Shown: one piece after another, positions 1 to 11,100 of the stretch
How the letters are laid out: every line of letters starts with the position of its first letter
Position numbering within the stretch: the first letter of the stretch is position 1
NCBI GenBank assembly: GCA_963789495.1
Contig: CAWBLP010000031.1
Location: 118,679-182,678, forward strand
DNA from: an uncultured Alphaproteobacteria bacterium
Lineage (GTDB): Bacteria; Pseudomonadota; Alphaproteobacteria; Acetobacterales; Acetobacteraceae
Direction: 5' to 3'
Length of the DNA: 64,000 nucleotides
Position numbers and translations under genes: made by a program
The notes under the pieces: model-generated
Seen by the model: only the letters and a program-made list of their open reading frames with translations
Database searches by the model: none
Told to the model about the DNA's origin: nothing

Positions 1-230
1 CACGGCCGGCGGTGAAGGCTCCGTAGTATCGCCGGCCGGCTTGCCGAGACTGCCCATGCTAATCTGCTCCCGGATCTCGGCGCGCGGAATGCCGGTGGGT
101 TCCAAGCCAGTCGTGGATGGATGGCCTGCGCCGGGACCTGCGCCCGCCACGGCGTGGTTGGCATCGCTCTTGCGTTTCCCGCCGTCGCCGCCCTTCAATG
201 CCATGCGCAAGACCATAAAAGGAAACGGCC

Positions 231-767
231 ATGACGATCCGCGCGCGGCTTGCCCATATGGGACTCTACGTGAAGGACCGCGACACCATGCAGCGCTTCT
301 ACTCCGAAGTGCTGGGCCTGATGGTGACCGACCACGGCGAGGGCCACGGCGGTGTCCATCTGACCTTCATGAGCGCCAGTCCGGCAAACCATCACCAGGT
401 CGTGCTGGTCACTGGTCGCCCCGACACCGCCGGCTTCAATCCGATCAACCAGATCTCATTCCTGGTCAATTCGCTGGCCGATCTGCGGGAGGTCCACCAA
501 CGCGCCCTGTCGCTTGGGGCAACCGACATGCGGCCGGTGAGCCACGGCAATGCCTGGTCGATCTACTTCAAGGATCCGGAAGGCAATACGGTGGAGGCCT
601 ATCTGGATACGCCGTTCCACGTGCCGCAGCCGCATGGCGAACCGCTCGACCTCACCAAGTCGGACGAGACGATCATCCGGGAGACCGAGGCAGCCTGCCG
701 CAAGGATCCCGGCTTCATGCCGCGAGAGGCCTTCGTACACAGCCTGGGTGAACGCCTCACCGGCTGA
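231..767 (+). CDS. VOC-family (glyoxalase / extradiol dioxygenase fold) protein
   Basis: 178-aa ORF with ATG preceded by aaaggaaa. RLAHMGLYVKDRDTMQRFYSEVLG and FKDPEGNTVE segments are typical of vicinal-oxygen-chelate fold proteins. Confidence 0.75.
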   Translation: MTIRARLAHMGLYVKDRDTMQRFYSEVLGLMVTDHGEGHGGVHLTFMSASPANHHQVVLVTGRPDTAGFNPINQISFLVNSLADLREVHQRALSLGATDMRPVSHGNAWSIYFKDPEGNTVEAYLDTPFHVPQPHGEPLDLTKSDETIIRETEAACRKDPGFMPREAFVHSLGERLTG

Positions 768-850
768 GTTTTCCGGTCGGGCGGGCGGACGACCGAACCG
801 GCTTGCGGCGCCCGGACTGGAGAGGCGTCGCCGTCATGCGTGGCGGCGCT

Positions 851-3025
851 TCATCCGCTACGTCCGGTGCGCAGCATCTCGCTCACGTCCTGGGCGCTGC
901 GGCGTTCCACCATATGCGGATCGCCGCGTTGCACCGCGAAATGCGTCTCGCCCTGCTCGCGCCAGAACCGGATGTCGAAATGCCGCCGCCCGAGGCGCAG
1001 ATCCAGCAAGGTGATATCCGGCAGCCATTCGGGCAGCGCGGGATCGACATAGATCCGTTCGCGCGGTGCATCCAGGCTGATCCCCAGCATCGCCTGCAGC
1101 AACGCGAACGCCGATCCGGCCGCCCAGGCCTGCGGCACATTGGCGCCGAGATATTGCACCGGGAACCCGCCGGCATGGCGCTCGATGCCCGCGTACAGTT
1201 CCGGCAACTGGTTCAGCAGGAAATGGCTGGCGGCCTCGTTGATGCCATGGGCGATCTGCGCGACCTGCTCGGTGAAACCGTATCGCTTGAAACCAAGCAC
1301 GATCAGGCTGTTGTCGTGCGGCCAGACCGAACCGTTCTGATAGGAATAGGGATTATACGCGGCATGCTGGCTCGACAGCGTGCGAATCCCCCAGCCGCTG
1401 TTCATGTCCGGCGCCATCAGCCGCGCCACCACCCGGGCGGCGCGGTCCGCCGGGACCAGCCCGGACCACAGCAGATGGCCGGGATTCGAAGCCACCGTCA
1501 GCACCTTCCGCTTCGCCCCATCCAGCATATAGGCGTAAAACCCGCTCGCTTCGTCCCAGAACACCTCATTGAAGCGCCGGAACAGCGTGGCCGCCTTGTC
1601 CCGCAACGCGACCGCACGTTCGGCATCGCCCAGTGCCTCGAACACCTCCGCCATGCGCAGCCAGGCGTCGTAGACATAGCCTTGCAGTTCGCACAAAGCC
1701 TTGGGCCCGACCACCGGCGTTCCGTCCGGATTGACCATGGAATCCTGGGCATCCTTCCAGGCCATGTTCTCGTAGCCGACGGGCGAGCGGGTCTGGTACT
1801 CCTGAAACCCGTCACCGTCGCGATCGCCGTGCTGATCGATCCAGTCCAGCGCCGCCTCGGCATGCGCGCGGTGGCGTTCCAGTAATGCCTTGTCGCCGGT
1901 GGCACGCCAGGCGGCGTGCAGCGTGATCAGGAACAGCGGTGTGGCATCGGCCGTGCCGTAATACGGCGTATGCGGAATCAGCTTGAAATGCGCCAGCTCG
2001 CCATAGCGCAGCTCATGCATGATCTTGCCGGGTTCAGCATCGCGATAGTCGTCGCGCTCCGTCGCCTGCAACTGGCCCAGCACGTCCAGTGAACCGCGGG
2101 CAAATTCCGGATAGACCAGGATGTTCTGTAACGATACGATCAGAGAATCGCGACCGAACAACGCCATGAACCAGGGCAGGCCGGCCGCCGGAACAAACAC
2201 CATATGGTCGGTGCCCTCCAGCGGCAGGCGCAAGGCCGCCATGTCCTCGATCGACTGGCAGTAGAATCGGAAAAATTCTTCGTTGCTGCAACGAACCTTC
2301 AGCACCGTGCGTTGCCAGTCGATCCGCTCCAGCGCGTGACTGGTGCGGTCCATATGATGTGAGCACTCGGGGCTGGCGCGATAAATCCGCTCGCCATCGG
2401 TCAGATGATAGAGCAGGCAGCAATGCCAGGACTCGCCGGGCGCGATGCTGACGTCGAAACTCAGCCGACCATTGGCATGGACGGCGCGTGGATCGCCCTT
2501 CCCAACCTCGATCCTGACCGCGCGGAGGAAGTCCCGATTGCGATAGGTCGTGGTCAGCGTCTGGCGCGTTTCGGACCAGTCGGTGCGGATATGGCCGCGC
2601 CGGACGTTGCGACGCGACTTCACATCGAACACATCGGCGAAGTCGGACCGGAGCGCGATCTCCAGATTGAACCGAACCGGCTTTTGGCCATGGTTGGTGA
2701 TATCGAGATCCTCGTGCAGCCCGTCGTTGATCGCGCGGCCCAGCACGAAGGCCAGCGTGTGTGCCGGGACGACGCCATCCTCCGTCAGGAAGCTGCGATT
2801 GGTCAGGAACAGACGCGCAACGTCGTAGATGACCGCTCCACCGCTCATCAGTTCCCACGGTTCGCCGTTGGCGTACACGGCCCAGGCACTGATCAGGCGC
2901 GTGTCGAAGAAATACAGGCCCTTGTCCGATGGCGAGATGATCTGCCCGTCGGGTTCGGTGACGAGCACGGTCATCGCGTGGTGAATGGCGATCTGCGGCG
3001 GGCCGACCTGGACTTTGAACGGCAT
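851..3025 (-). CDS. Amylo-alpha-1,6-glucosidase / glycogen-debranching-enzyme-like protein
   Basis: 724-aa ORF. N-terminal GLYFFDTRLIS resembles the bacterial GDE N-domain. WFMALFGRDSLI and YQNGSVWPHDN are six-hairpin glycosidase signatures. Confidence 0.8.
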   Translation of the reverse strand: MPFKVQVGPPQIAIHHAMTVLVTEPDGQIISPSDKGLYFFDTRLISAWAVYANGEPWELMSGGAVIYDVARLFLTNRSFLTEDGVVPAHTLAFVLGRAINDGLHEDLDITNHGQKPVRFNLEIALRSDFADVFDVKSRRNVRRGHIRTDWSETRQTLTTTYRNRDFLRAVRIEVGKGDPRAVHANGRLSFDVSIAPGESWHCCLLYHLTDGERIYRASPECSHHMDRTSHALERIDWQRTVLKVRCSNEEFFRFYCQSIEDMAALRLPLEGTDHMVFVPAAGLPWFMALFGRDSLIVSLQNILVYPEFARGSLDVLGQLQATERDDYRDAEPGKIMHELRYGELAHFKLIPHTPYYGTADATPLFLITLHAAWRATGDKALLERHRAHAEAALDWIDQHGDRDGDGFQEYQTRSPVGYENMAWKDAQDSMVNPDGTPVVGPKALCELQGYVYDAWLRMAEVFEALGDAERAVALRDKAATLFRRFNEVFWDEASGFYAYMLDGAKRKVLTVASNPGHLLWSGLVPADRAARVVARLMAPDMNSGWGIRTLSSQHAAYNPYSYQNGSVWPHDNSLIVLGFKRYGFTEQVAQIAHGINEAASHFLLNQLPELYAGIERHAGGFPVQYLGANVPQAWAAGSAFALLQAMLGISLDAPRERIYVDPALPEWLPDITLLDLRLGRRHFDIRFWREQGETHFAVQRGDPHMVERRSAQDVSEMLRTGRSG

Positions 3026-3202
3026 GGCGCCGGTTCTCCTGCGGTGTGAGACGGAAGCATGGTGCCGAGGCTGCTATAGCCTTGCTGGCGGTCGGAAATC
3101 ACGCGTCACTCTGCGAGCGGTCGGCCGCGGTCTGTCGTCCAGGTTTGCCGCCGACGCCGATTCCGGAGATAGTACGGCCAAACGGCCCAGGAGAGCGTCC
3201 CA

Positions 3203-4039
3203 ATGCGCTACGAGACCATTTCGGTGAAGGCGAGCACGCCGACGATCGGCGCAGAAGTCGCGGGTATCGATCTGGGAAAACCACTGGGAAACCAGCAGTT
3301 CCAGGAAGTGCACGATGCGTTGATGGCGCACCAGGTGCTGTTCTTCCGCGACCAGAAGCTCAGCTTCGACCAGCACAAGGCGTTCGGCCGGCTGTTTGGC
3401 GAACTGCACGTGCATCCCAATACCAAGGGACCGGAGGGTCATCCGGAGATCCTGCCGATCCATGCCGATGCGAATTCCAAGCGCATCTCGGGCGAGCGCT
3501 GGCATTCCGACGTATCCTGCGATCCGGAGCCGCCGATGGGCTCCATCCTCAACCTGAAGACGATCCCGCCGGTCGGCGGCGACACGCTGTTTGCTTCGAT
3601 GTACGCCGCGTATGACGCGCTGTCGGCACCGATGAAGAAGTTCCTGTCCGGTCTGATCGCGATTCATGACGGTGCACCGAACTATATGCGCACCAACCGG
3701 TTGATCGGCGACACGACGCAGAAGACCTTTCCGACCGCGGAGCATCCGGTGATCCGCACCCATCCGGTGACGGGCAAGCAGGCGATCTTCGTCAACCCGG
3801 TGTTCACGGTCGCCCTCAAGGATATGCCGGAGGCGGAAAGCAAGGCGATCCTGGAATTCCTGTATGAGCATTGCGGCCGGCCGCACTGGCAGGTGCGGTT
3901 CCGCTGGGAGGCTGACAGCGTCGCGTTCTGGGATAATCGCTGCGTGCAGCACATCGCGATGTGGGATTACTTCCCGCAGGTGCGCTCCGGCTATCGCGTG
4001 ACGGTGAAGGGGGACCGGCCGTTCCATCGGCCGAACTGA
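3203..4039 (+). CDS. tauD: Taurine dioxygenase (Fe(II)/2-oxoglutarate dependent, TauD/TfdA family)
   Basis: 278 aa, recalled as colinear with E. coli TauD: TPTIGAEVAGIDL, FGELHVHP, WHSDVSCDPEPP (HxD), HPVTGKQAIFVN, FWDNRCVQH. Confidence 0.85.
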   Translation: MRYETISVKASTPTIGAEVAGIDLGKPLGNQQFQEVHDALMAHQVLFFRDQKLSFDQHKAFGRLFGELHVHPNTKGPEGHPEILPIHADANSKRISGERWHSDVSCDPEPPMGSILNLKTIPPVGGDTLFASMYAAYDALSAPMKKFLSGLIAIHDGAPNYMRTNRLIGDTTQKTFPTAEHPVIRTHPVTGKQAIFVNPVFTVALKDMPEAESKAILEFLYEHCGRPHWQVRFRWEADSVAFWDNRCVQHIAMWDYFPQVRSGYRVTVKGDRPFHRPN

Positions 4040-4091
4040 TCCGGCATACCCCAGGCTGCGTCGGCGGCAAAGCGCGCCACAGGACGGCGGC

Positions 4092-4799
4092 ATGAGCGAG
4101 GATATCGCCGCCCTGCTGGATGCCGGCCGCCCGGTCCCGCCGGACCTGGCTGACGCCGTCACCGAACTGCATCTGGCGCGCAGCCGGATCACCGATCTGC
4201 GCGAGCTGCGCAGCCTGACCAATCTGCGACGTCTGGTGCTGAGCCACACGCTGGTCACCGATCTGATGCCGCTCGCCGGCCTGACCGGTTTACGCCGGCT
4301 GGAACTGACCCGCTCCCGCATCCAGGATGTGGCACCGCTGGCGTCGCTGAGCCGGCTGGAAAGCCTGCACGCCTGGTACACGGCAGTCGGCGACCTGCGC
4401 CCGCTCGCCGGGCTTGTCGCATTGGTGGGCCTGTTCCTGACTGGAACATTGGTCGAGACGGTTGCGCCCCTGATACGCCTGACATCGCTGGAGCGGCTGG
4501 ACCTCGGCAGCACGGCGATACGCGATATAACGCCGCTGGCCGGCCTGCATCGCCTGCGCAGCCTGGATCTGTCCGGCACGGCGATCAGCGACCTGACACC
4601 ACTGGCCGGGCTGACGGGGTTGCAATATCTCGACCTGACCGGCACGCCGGTGTGCGATCTGGCGCCCTTGGCGGGACTGACCGATCTGCGCCGGCTGGAC
4701 CTGCGCAGTACCCGCGATCCTGATCCTGCCGCGCTGTTTCATCTGGCGCGCTGCCAGATCATCACGGTTGCGCAGCCACCGCGACGGCGACGCGGCTGA
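4092..4799 (+). CDS. Leucine-rich repeat protein (about 8.5 internalin-type 22-aa repeats), no signal peptide seen
   Basis: 235 aa. Repeating LxxLxLxxTxIxDLxPLAGLxx units, e.g. LRSLDLSGTAISDLTPLAGLTG and LQYLDLTGTPVCDLAPLAGLTD. The N-terminus MSEDIAALLDAGRPV is not hydrophobic. Confidence 0.85.
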   Translation: MSEDIAALLDAGRPVPPDLADAVTELHLARSRITDLRELRSLTNLRRLVLSHTLVTDLMPLAGLTGLRRLELTRSRIQDVAPLASLSRLESLHAWYTAVGDLRPLAGLVALVGLFLTGTLVETVAPLIRLTSLERLDLGSTAIRDITPLAGLHRLRSLDLSGTAISDLTPLAGLTGLQYLDLTGTPVCDLAPLAGLTDLRRLDLRSTRDPDPAALFHLARCQIITVAQPPRRRRG

Positions 4800-4924
4800 A
4801 CGCCGCGGCGTTCACCATTTCCTTGCAATTGCCTGGGTAAACCGGCCTGCCACTTCGCGGGGACGGCGCCTGCCGGTGGTGCGGCAAGGCGACGTGCCTC
4901 CGCAACAAGGCGCCGATCCAACGG

Positions 4925-7900
4925 GTGCGCATGGCATTCGCGGTCGGGCAACGCGTGCAGGCTCGCGGCCTGGAGTGGGACGTGGTGGAGCTGGAGCCGT
5001 CCGGTGAGCAGCATCGCCTGCACCTGCGCTGCACCTCCGGTGCGCTGCGCGGGCTGGAGTGGGATGTCCTGTATCCGCTTGAAGCGGTCACTGCCCTGCA
5101 GGTCGCATTTCAGCCCGAGCATCCGACATCGCTGCCGGCTTGGCGGTTGCATCATACTGCCTGCGTGCTGGACCAGGTGCCTGGTCCGGATGCAGTGGCC
5201 GCCACACAGCCGGGCCGACTGCGGATCGAACCGTATCAGCTTGTCCCGCTGATGCGCGCCTTGGAATTGCCGCGCGTCCGGCTTCTGCTGGCCGACGATG
5301 TCGGTCTGGGCAAGACCGTGCAGGCCGGGCTGATCGTCACCGAACTGATTGCCCGACGCCAGGCACACCGCGTGCTGGTGGTGGCCCCTGCCGGTCCATT
5401 GCTGCGGCAATGGCAACAGGAACTGCGTCAGCGCTTCGGCCTGCGGTTTGTCGCGATCACCGACGCGGCGACGTTGGAGCAACAGCGCCGCGTCCTGGAG
5501 TTCGGCGGCAACCCGTTCGATGCGGCGGCGCTCACTCTGCTGGCGCTGGATTTCGCCAAGCAGGAGCGGGTGCTGCAGGAGCTGGAGCGCTCGTCCTGGG
5601 ACATCGCGATCATCGATGAGGCGCATCACTGCATCAGTGCCGGATCAGGCAGCAACCGCGAAGCAACCCAGCGTCGGCGCCTGGCGGAGGTGGTGGCACA
5701 ACGCAGCGACGGTTTGCTGCTGTTGACCGCGACGCCACATGACGGGTTCGATCCGCATTTCGTCTCCCTGATCGAACTGCTGGATCCGAGCCTGGTGGAC
5801 GGACGCGGCGGACTGGTCGGGTCGGCATACCGCAGACACGTGGTGCGTCGACTGAAATCGCATCTCCGCGATCCGGCGTCCGGTGCGCCGCTGTTCACCC
5901 AGCGCGTCGTGCGGCCGGTGTCGGTCGATCTGCACGACAAGGCCTATCAACCGGTACGCGCGTTTCATCAGGCTCTGACGGCACTGGTGGCGCCACGGCT
6001 GCGCCGGGTAGCGCAGGGACGCGATGAAGCGGACACGCTGGCGTTCGTCGGTCTGCTGAAACGCTCGGTTTCCACCATCGCCGCCTGTGTCGCCACGCTG
6101 CGCGTGGTGACCGAACGGTATGAAGCGGCGGCAGACGACCCGAGCCAGGCGGAAGCCTTGCGCAAGGAACGGACTGGGGCGCTGCGCCGGCATCGCCGCC
6201 GCACCTTGCGCTTCGGCACCCTGGATGCGGCGGAGGATGGCGAGGCCGAACGCCTGGAGGTAGAGCAGATTGCCGCCGACCTGCATCATCGCGACGTGGA
6301 ACGGGATAACGGCCGAACCGAAGCCACGCTGCATGCGCTGCGCGCGCTGATCGCGCTGGGCGAGGTCGCGGCACGGTCGGACCCCAAATTATCCGCCCTG
6401 CTGCAGGAGGTGCGCGCGATCCGCATTGCGCATCCGCGGGCAAACATCCTGATCTACACGGAATACGCTGACAGCCAGCGCGCGGCGTTCGCCGAACTGC
6501 ACGCCGCGACGGCGCGCGAGGGCACGGTGCTGACGATCGGCGGCGACGACACGGAAGCCGCCCGGGCTCATGCGGTTGAGCGCTGTTCGCAGGAAGACGG
6601 CATTATCCTGCTGAGTACCGATTCGCTAGCGGAAGGGCTGAACCTGCAGCAGCGCTGCTGCCATCTGATCCATCTGGATCTGCCATACAATCCGAACCGG
6701 CTGGAACAGCGCAACGGCCGCATCGATCGTTACGGCCAACGCTGCGTGCCGGACATTCGCTATCTGTATCTGGCGGGCACGTTCGAGGAACGGCTCTTGT
6801 TGCGGCTGATCGCCAAATACGAGAAGGCGCGCGCACAGCTTGCATTGATGCCTGCCACATTGGGGGTCACCGCCGATCCTGGCGCCTTCGGCTCTGGCCT
6901 GATGACCGGGTTCGCCGAACGACAGGCGGGCCTGTTCGACGATGCGCCATCGCCCATTCGCACGCTGGACCAGGCGGCCCAGCAGAGCAATGCCGTGTCC
7001 TGGCGCGACCTGCTGCATGAAGTCGATCGCGCCTTCGCCTGGCATGATCGGCATGCGGTGCGCCATGGCTGGTTTGCCGGCCAGGGATTGAATGCCGACA
7101 CCGGGCAGGTGACCGCGGCCGATGCTGCATATCGACGCGGCGAACGGATGGTGAGTGGGATCGATCTTCCTGGTTTTGTCGCCGATGCAATCGCCGCCGA
7201 GACCGGACGCCGCACCGATCCGGAACGGCTGCAGCTGCCGGCGGACTGGACGCACGGGATGGACGACCTGCCAGGCTACGATCCTGCCACCGGACTGTTG
7301 CGCGTAACCCGATCGCACAGCCGCATGCAGAACGCAGCGGGCGATTTGCTTGGCTATCTCGGTCGCGCCCATCCGATCGTGCGACACGCAATCCAGCGCG
7401 CGCGGCGTGATCAGATAGCCATCAGCGCTGCCCTGGGTGACAGCGCCGCGGCGCCATCCGTGCTGCTGACCTTCGCCATCGAACTGCACAGCGCGCGCCA
7501 TGTGATGCTGAGCCAGGTTATCGCGGTCATGCTGTCCCGATCTGGCGCGCCAGTTGCGTTGTTGCACCCACGGCAATGGCTGCATTTCGCCGCATCGACG
7601 CGTGAGGTGCCGGTCGAGGGTGTTTGGCAAAATGATTTCGCAGCCTGGGTTCCCGAGCGCCTCGCCGCGGCCGAAGCCGTGGCAGCATCAACCGCGCACG
7701 CGCTGCAGAGCGAATTTGCCACGCGCGATCGGCGCCGCCTGCGCACGGAAGCGACGGCGCAGGAGCGTTGGCTGACACTGCGTGCCGACGAGCTGTGCGG
7801 GGCGGCACGGCCGGACATGAAGAACCTGTTCGGCGATGCACCGGCCTGCCCGGCCTGGAAGTTGCCCTCACCGCCCCTGGAACGACTGGCGGCGTTCGTG

Positions 7901-8062
7901 GTGGACGCGGACAACCCACCACCACACCGACGCGCCGCCGCCAGCGCAGTGTCTTTATACCGCCGCCTGCAGGACGATCTCGCCACCCGCGCCACAACGT
8001 CATCCGCGCAGGTGAGCCGGCTCGGATTGCTGATGCTGGTCCCGCCGCAGCACACCGCATGA
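4925..8062 (+). CDS. SNF2/RAD54-family helicase (DrmD-like) with about 400-aa uncharacterised C-terminal region
   Basis: 1045 aa. Helicase motifs: I LLADDVGLGKT, II IIDEAHHC, III LLLTATPHDG, V STDSLAEGLNLQ, VI LPYNPNRLEQRNGRIDRYGQ. Confidence 0.9.
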   Translation: MRMAFAVGQRVQARGLEWDVVELEPSGEQHRLHLRCTSGALRGLEWDVLYPLEAVTALQVAFQPEHPTSLPAWRLHHTACVLDQVPGPDAVAATQPGRLRIEPYQLVPLMRALELPRVRLLLADDVGLGKTVQAGLIVTELIARRQAHRVLVVAPAGPLLRQWQQELRQRFGLRFVAITDAATLEQQRRVLEFGGNPFDAAALTLLALDFAKQERVLQELERSSWDIAIIDEAHHCISAGSGSNREATQRRRLAEVVAQRSDGLLLLTATPHDGFDPHFVSLIELLDPSLVDGRGGLVGSAYRRHVVRRLKSHLRDPASGAPLFTQRVVRPVSVDLHDKAYQPVRAFHQALTALVAPRLRRVAQGRDEADTLAFVGLLKRSVSTIAACVATLRVVTERYEAAADDPSQAEALRKERTGALRRHRRRTLRFGTLDAAEDGEAERLEVEQIAADLHHRDVERDNGRTEATLHALRALIALGEVAARSDPKLSALLQEVRAIRIAHPRANILIYTEYADSQRAAFAELHAATAREGTVLTIGGDDTEAARAHAVERCSQEDGIILLSTDSLAEGLNLQQRCCHLIHLDLPYNPNRLEQRNGRIDRYGQRCVPDIRYLYLAGTFEERLLLRLIAKYEKARAQLALMPATLGVTADPGAFGSGLMTGFAERQAGLFDDAPSPIRTLDQAAQQSNAVSWRDLLHEVDRAFAWHDRHAVRHGWFAGQGLNADTGQVTAADAAYRRGERMVSGIDLPGFVADAIAAETGRRTDPERLQLPADWTHGMDDLPGYDPATGLLRVTRSHSRMQNAAGDLLGYLGRAHPIVRHAIQRARRDQIAISAALGDSAAAPSVLLTFAIELHSARHVMLSQVIAVMLSRSGAPVALLHPRQWLHFAASTREVPVEGVWQNDFAAWVPERLAAAEAVAASTAHALQSEFATRDRRRLRTEATAQERWLTLRADELCGAARPDMKNLFGDAPACPAWKLPSPPLERLAAFVVDADNPPPHRRAAASAVSLYRRLQDDLATRATTSSAQVSRLGLLMLVPPQHTA

Positions 8063-8108
8063 ACCAGCCACCACCCAAAGCGCGAAGTTCGCTTCACAGG
8101 CCGCATGG

Positions 8109-11100
8109 ATGAACTTCGAACTCAGCGATTGCAGCTTCTCCGGACCGGCGCTGCCGGAACCCTTCGTCCAGTTCGAGCTGGCCACGGTCTTGGCAAAGCA
8201 TGGCCTGCTGCACGAGCATGTCGTCCAAAACTGTTGGTCCACACTCCGGCGGTCATTGGCCACGCTCGGCGCCTCGGCCGGGCGGTTGCGCGTCAACAAC
8301 CACGTGCTCCAGCCGTTGCTTCAAAGCCTGGGGTATGCGCCAGCCGAACGGCAGCCTCCGATGCAGACGCGAGAAGGTGTTGAAGACGGCGGCTGGCTCG
8401 CGCGCACACCCGACAATGCGCAACTGCGCCTGTGGTCGGTCGACAGCGATATCGATCTCGATGTGCCGCACCGGACCGGCCGCGCCTATCGTTTCAGTCC
8501 GACCCGCTGCGCCCAGCGCGTGCTGCTGGCCGCCAGTGAACATGTCGGGCTGCTGACCAACGGCGAACAACTCCGCCTGCTGCTGTGCGACGCTGCGCGA
8601 CCGGACAGCCATATCGCCATCCGGCTGACCGCCTGGCGCGGCCAACGCCCGCCACCCGACTCGCTGCGCCTGCTGCTCGCCATTGTCGCGCCGACGGGAC
8701 TTGCCGCACTGCCAGAGATTTTGGATGCGGCGCGATTGAGCCAGGTCCGCATCACCAAGGACCTGCGCGTGCAGGCGCGCGCCGCCATCGAAGGTTTCCT
8801 GCAGTCCGTGCTGGATCATCCGGGCAATCGTGCCGCGCTGCCAAGCCATGCGCAGGCTGATAAGGTTGTTGCGCTGTGGCAGGAAAGCCTCGTTCTGGTC
8901 TATCGACTCCTGTTCATCCTGAAACTGGAAAGCGCCACCGACACGACGCGTGCATTCAGCTTCGCATCCACCCGTCTCTGGCGTCATGCCCTGTCACCCA
9001 ACCAGGCGCTCGGCCCGCTGGTACGCCGCCACCTGGATCAGGGCCAGGATACCGGCCGCATGCTGGAAGACGGGCTGCGCTGCCTGTTCCGTGCCTTTCG
9101 CGACGGCCTGTCCTGCAGCGAGCTGCGCATCACCCCACTGGGCGGCGCGCTGTTCGGTTCGGCCACCACGCCGCATCTCGACGCCTTGCAATGGGGCGAA
9201 CGCGGCGTAGCACTGCTGCTCGACCGGCTGTTATGGACAAAGCCACCCAACCGCGCCCGCGAACGCGTGCATTACGGTTCGCTCGACGTGGAAGATCTGG
9301 GCCGCATCTACGAAGCACTGCTCGATCTGGAGCCGGGTCTCGCCGAAGTACCCATGGTGCGACTGCGGCGCGCCCGTCTCGACGTGGTGCTGCCGAAAGC
9401 CGACGCGGCACCGGTTCAGGCGCGCAGCGAAGCCGGCGGCGGAACGCGTACCGTCTGGATGCAGGACATCGCCCCGGGCCGCTTCTTCCTGCGTGCCGGC
9501 CTGGGACGCAAGGCAACCGGTGCCTACTACACGCCGCACGCGTTCGTCCGCTTCCTGGTGCAGCAGTCGCTGGCACCGCAAATCGCTCAGCGCAGCCCGG
9601 ATGACGATCCCAATCCCAACGCCATCCTGACCCTGAAGATCGTCGATCCCGCGACGGGCAGCGGCCATTTCCTGGTGGAGGCGTGTCGGTTCCTCGGCGA
9701 AGCGCTCTATGTGGCGTGCCGCCTGTGCGACGACCAGGCGACCGCCGCCGAGGCTGCCGCAGCGCGCACCGAGGGAGAGAAACGTACGACGCTTCAGGCC
9801 CGTGCTGTGACCCTCCGCGATCGCTTGGCGGCGCTGCCGGACGGGGACGGAAGCCTGGCCGCCTACCTGCCAAGCCACGCCTGCGAGGGCGGTGCCATCG
9901 GACCGTCGCAACAGCGCGGTCTCGCCATCTGCCGCCGCCTGGTCGCGGTCCATTGCCTGTACGGCGTCGACTGCAATGCATTGGCGGTGGAACTTGCGAA
10001 GCTGTCGCTGTGGCTGGAATCCTACGCCGAAGGCCTGCCGCTCACCTTCCTGGATCATCGTCTCCTGGTGGGCGACTCCCTCGCCGGCGCATTCTTTGCC
10101 CAGCTTGAAACACTGCCGATCAGCGGAAAGTCCCTGTCATCGACGGTCAGTTTCGGCATCGCCGAACGGCTGCATGCGGTCGTCGTCCGGGCCCGCCGCG
10201 AAGTGCGTGTGCTCGATGCCAGCGTGGGTCGGGACACGGCCGATCTGATTGTGAAGCAGGCCGCCAAGACGCGCCTCGATGCGCTGCTCGCGCCGTTGCG
10301 TAATCTCGCCCGTGCCTGGTCCGGTGCCGTGCTGTCGGGCGCGGCGAATGCCGATGCTGCCTGGTTCGCACTGGCGCGCCAGGTCGCACGCACCGGCGTC
10401 TGGCCGAATGCACTGACCGATGTGCAGGCAACCCTGCTGCGAACCGGCAGCACCGCCCTGCCCTGGGATCTCACCTTTCCGGAGGTCTTCGCGCCTGATC
10501 GCGCCGGTTCCAGCGGCTTCAACGCGGTTCTCGGCAATCCGCCGTGGGATGTGTTGCAGTACAGCACACGCGATTTCGTCGCGGCCTTCGATCCCACTGT
10601 GCTGGATGCGCCGACCAAGCAGGAACGCAGCGCGGTGGAGCATCGCGTGCTGGCCGACCCCGTGCGCGCCGCACAGTTCGCCGCGTACAAATCCGACATG
10701 GACGCGCGCAAACGCCTCATGCTGCGGCTGTTCCGCCATCACAAGATCGCCCTCGGCAACTCGCTGACCGCAGGCAACCTCGACGCATTCCGCCTGTTCA
10801 GTGAACGCAAGCTGCAACTGGTCAGCCAGGACGGTGCCATCGGCATGGTGGTACCGTCGGCCTTCCACGCCAACGAAGGCACCACCGGCCTGCGCCAGCT
10901 CTATCTGCAACAGACCCGGCTGGACTACTGCCTCTCGTTCGAGAATCGCAGAAAACTGTTCGATATCGACAGCCGCTTCAAGTTTGCGCTGATCGTCGCG
11001 CGCCGCCCGGGACCGACGCAGTCACTGCGCTGCGCCTTCTATCTGGACTCGTTCGAGCAAACCAATGACCCGTCCCGTCTCCTGACCTATGATCGCGCCT

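Noticed and set aside
1-204. Possible 5' end of a minus-strand gene running off the left edge (MALKGGDGGKRKSDANHAVAG...)
   Set aside because: Only 68 low-complexity codons are visible, no family is recognised, and just 26 nt separate it from the divergent VOC gene. That is too little evidence to call.
3074-4645. 523-aa minus-strand ORF
   Set aside because: It is antisense to tauD and the LRR gene. Its extreme Arg/Ser/Pro composition and lack of family motifs mark it as a typical high-GC shadow ORF.
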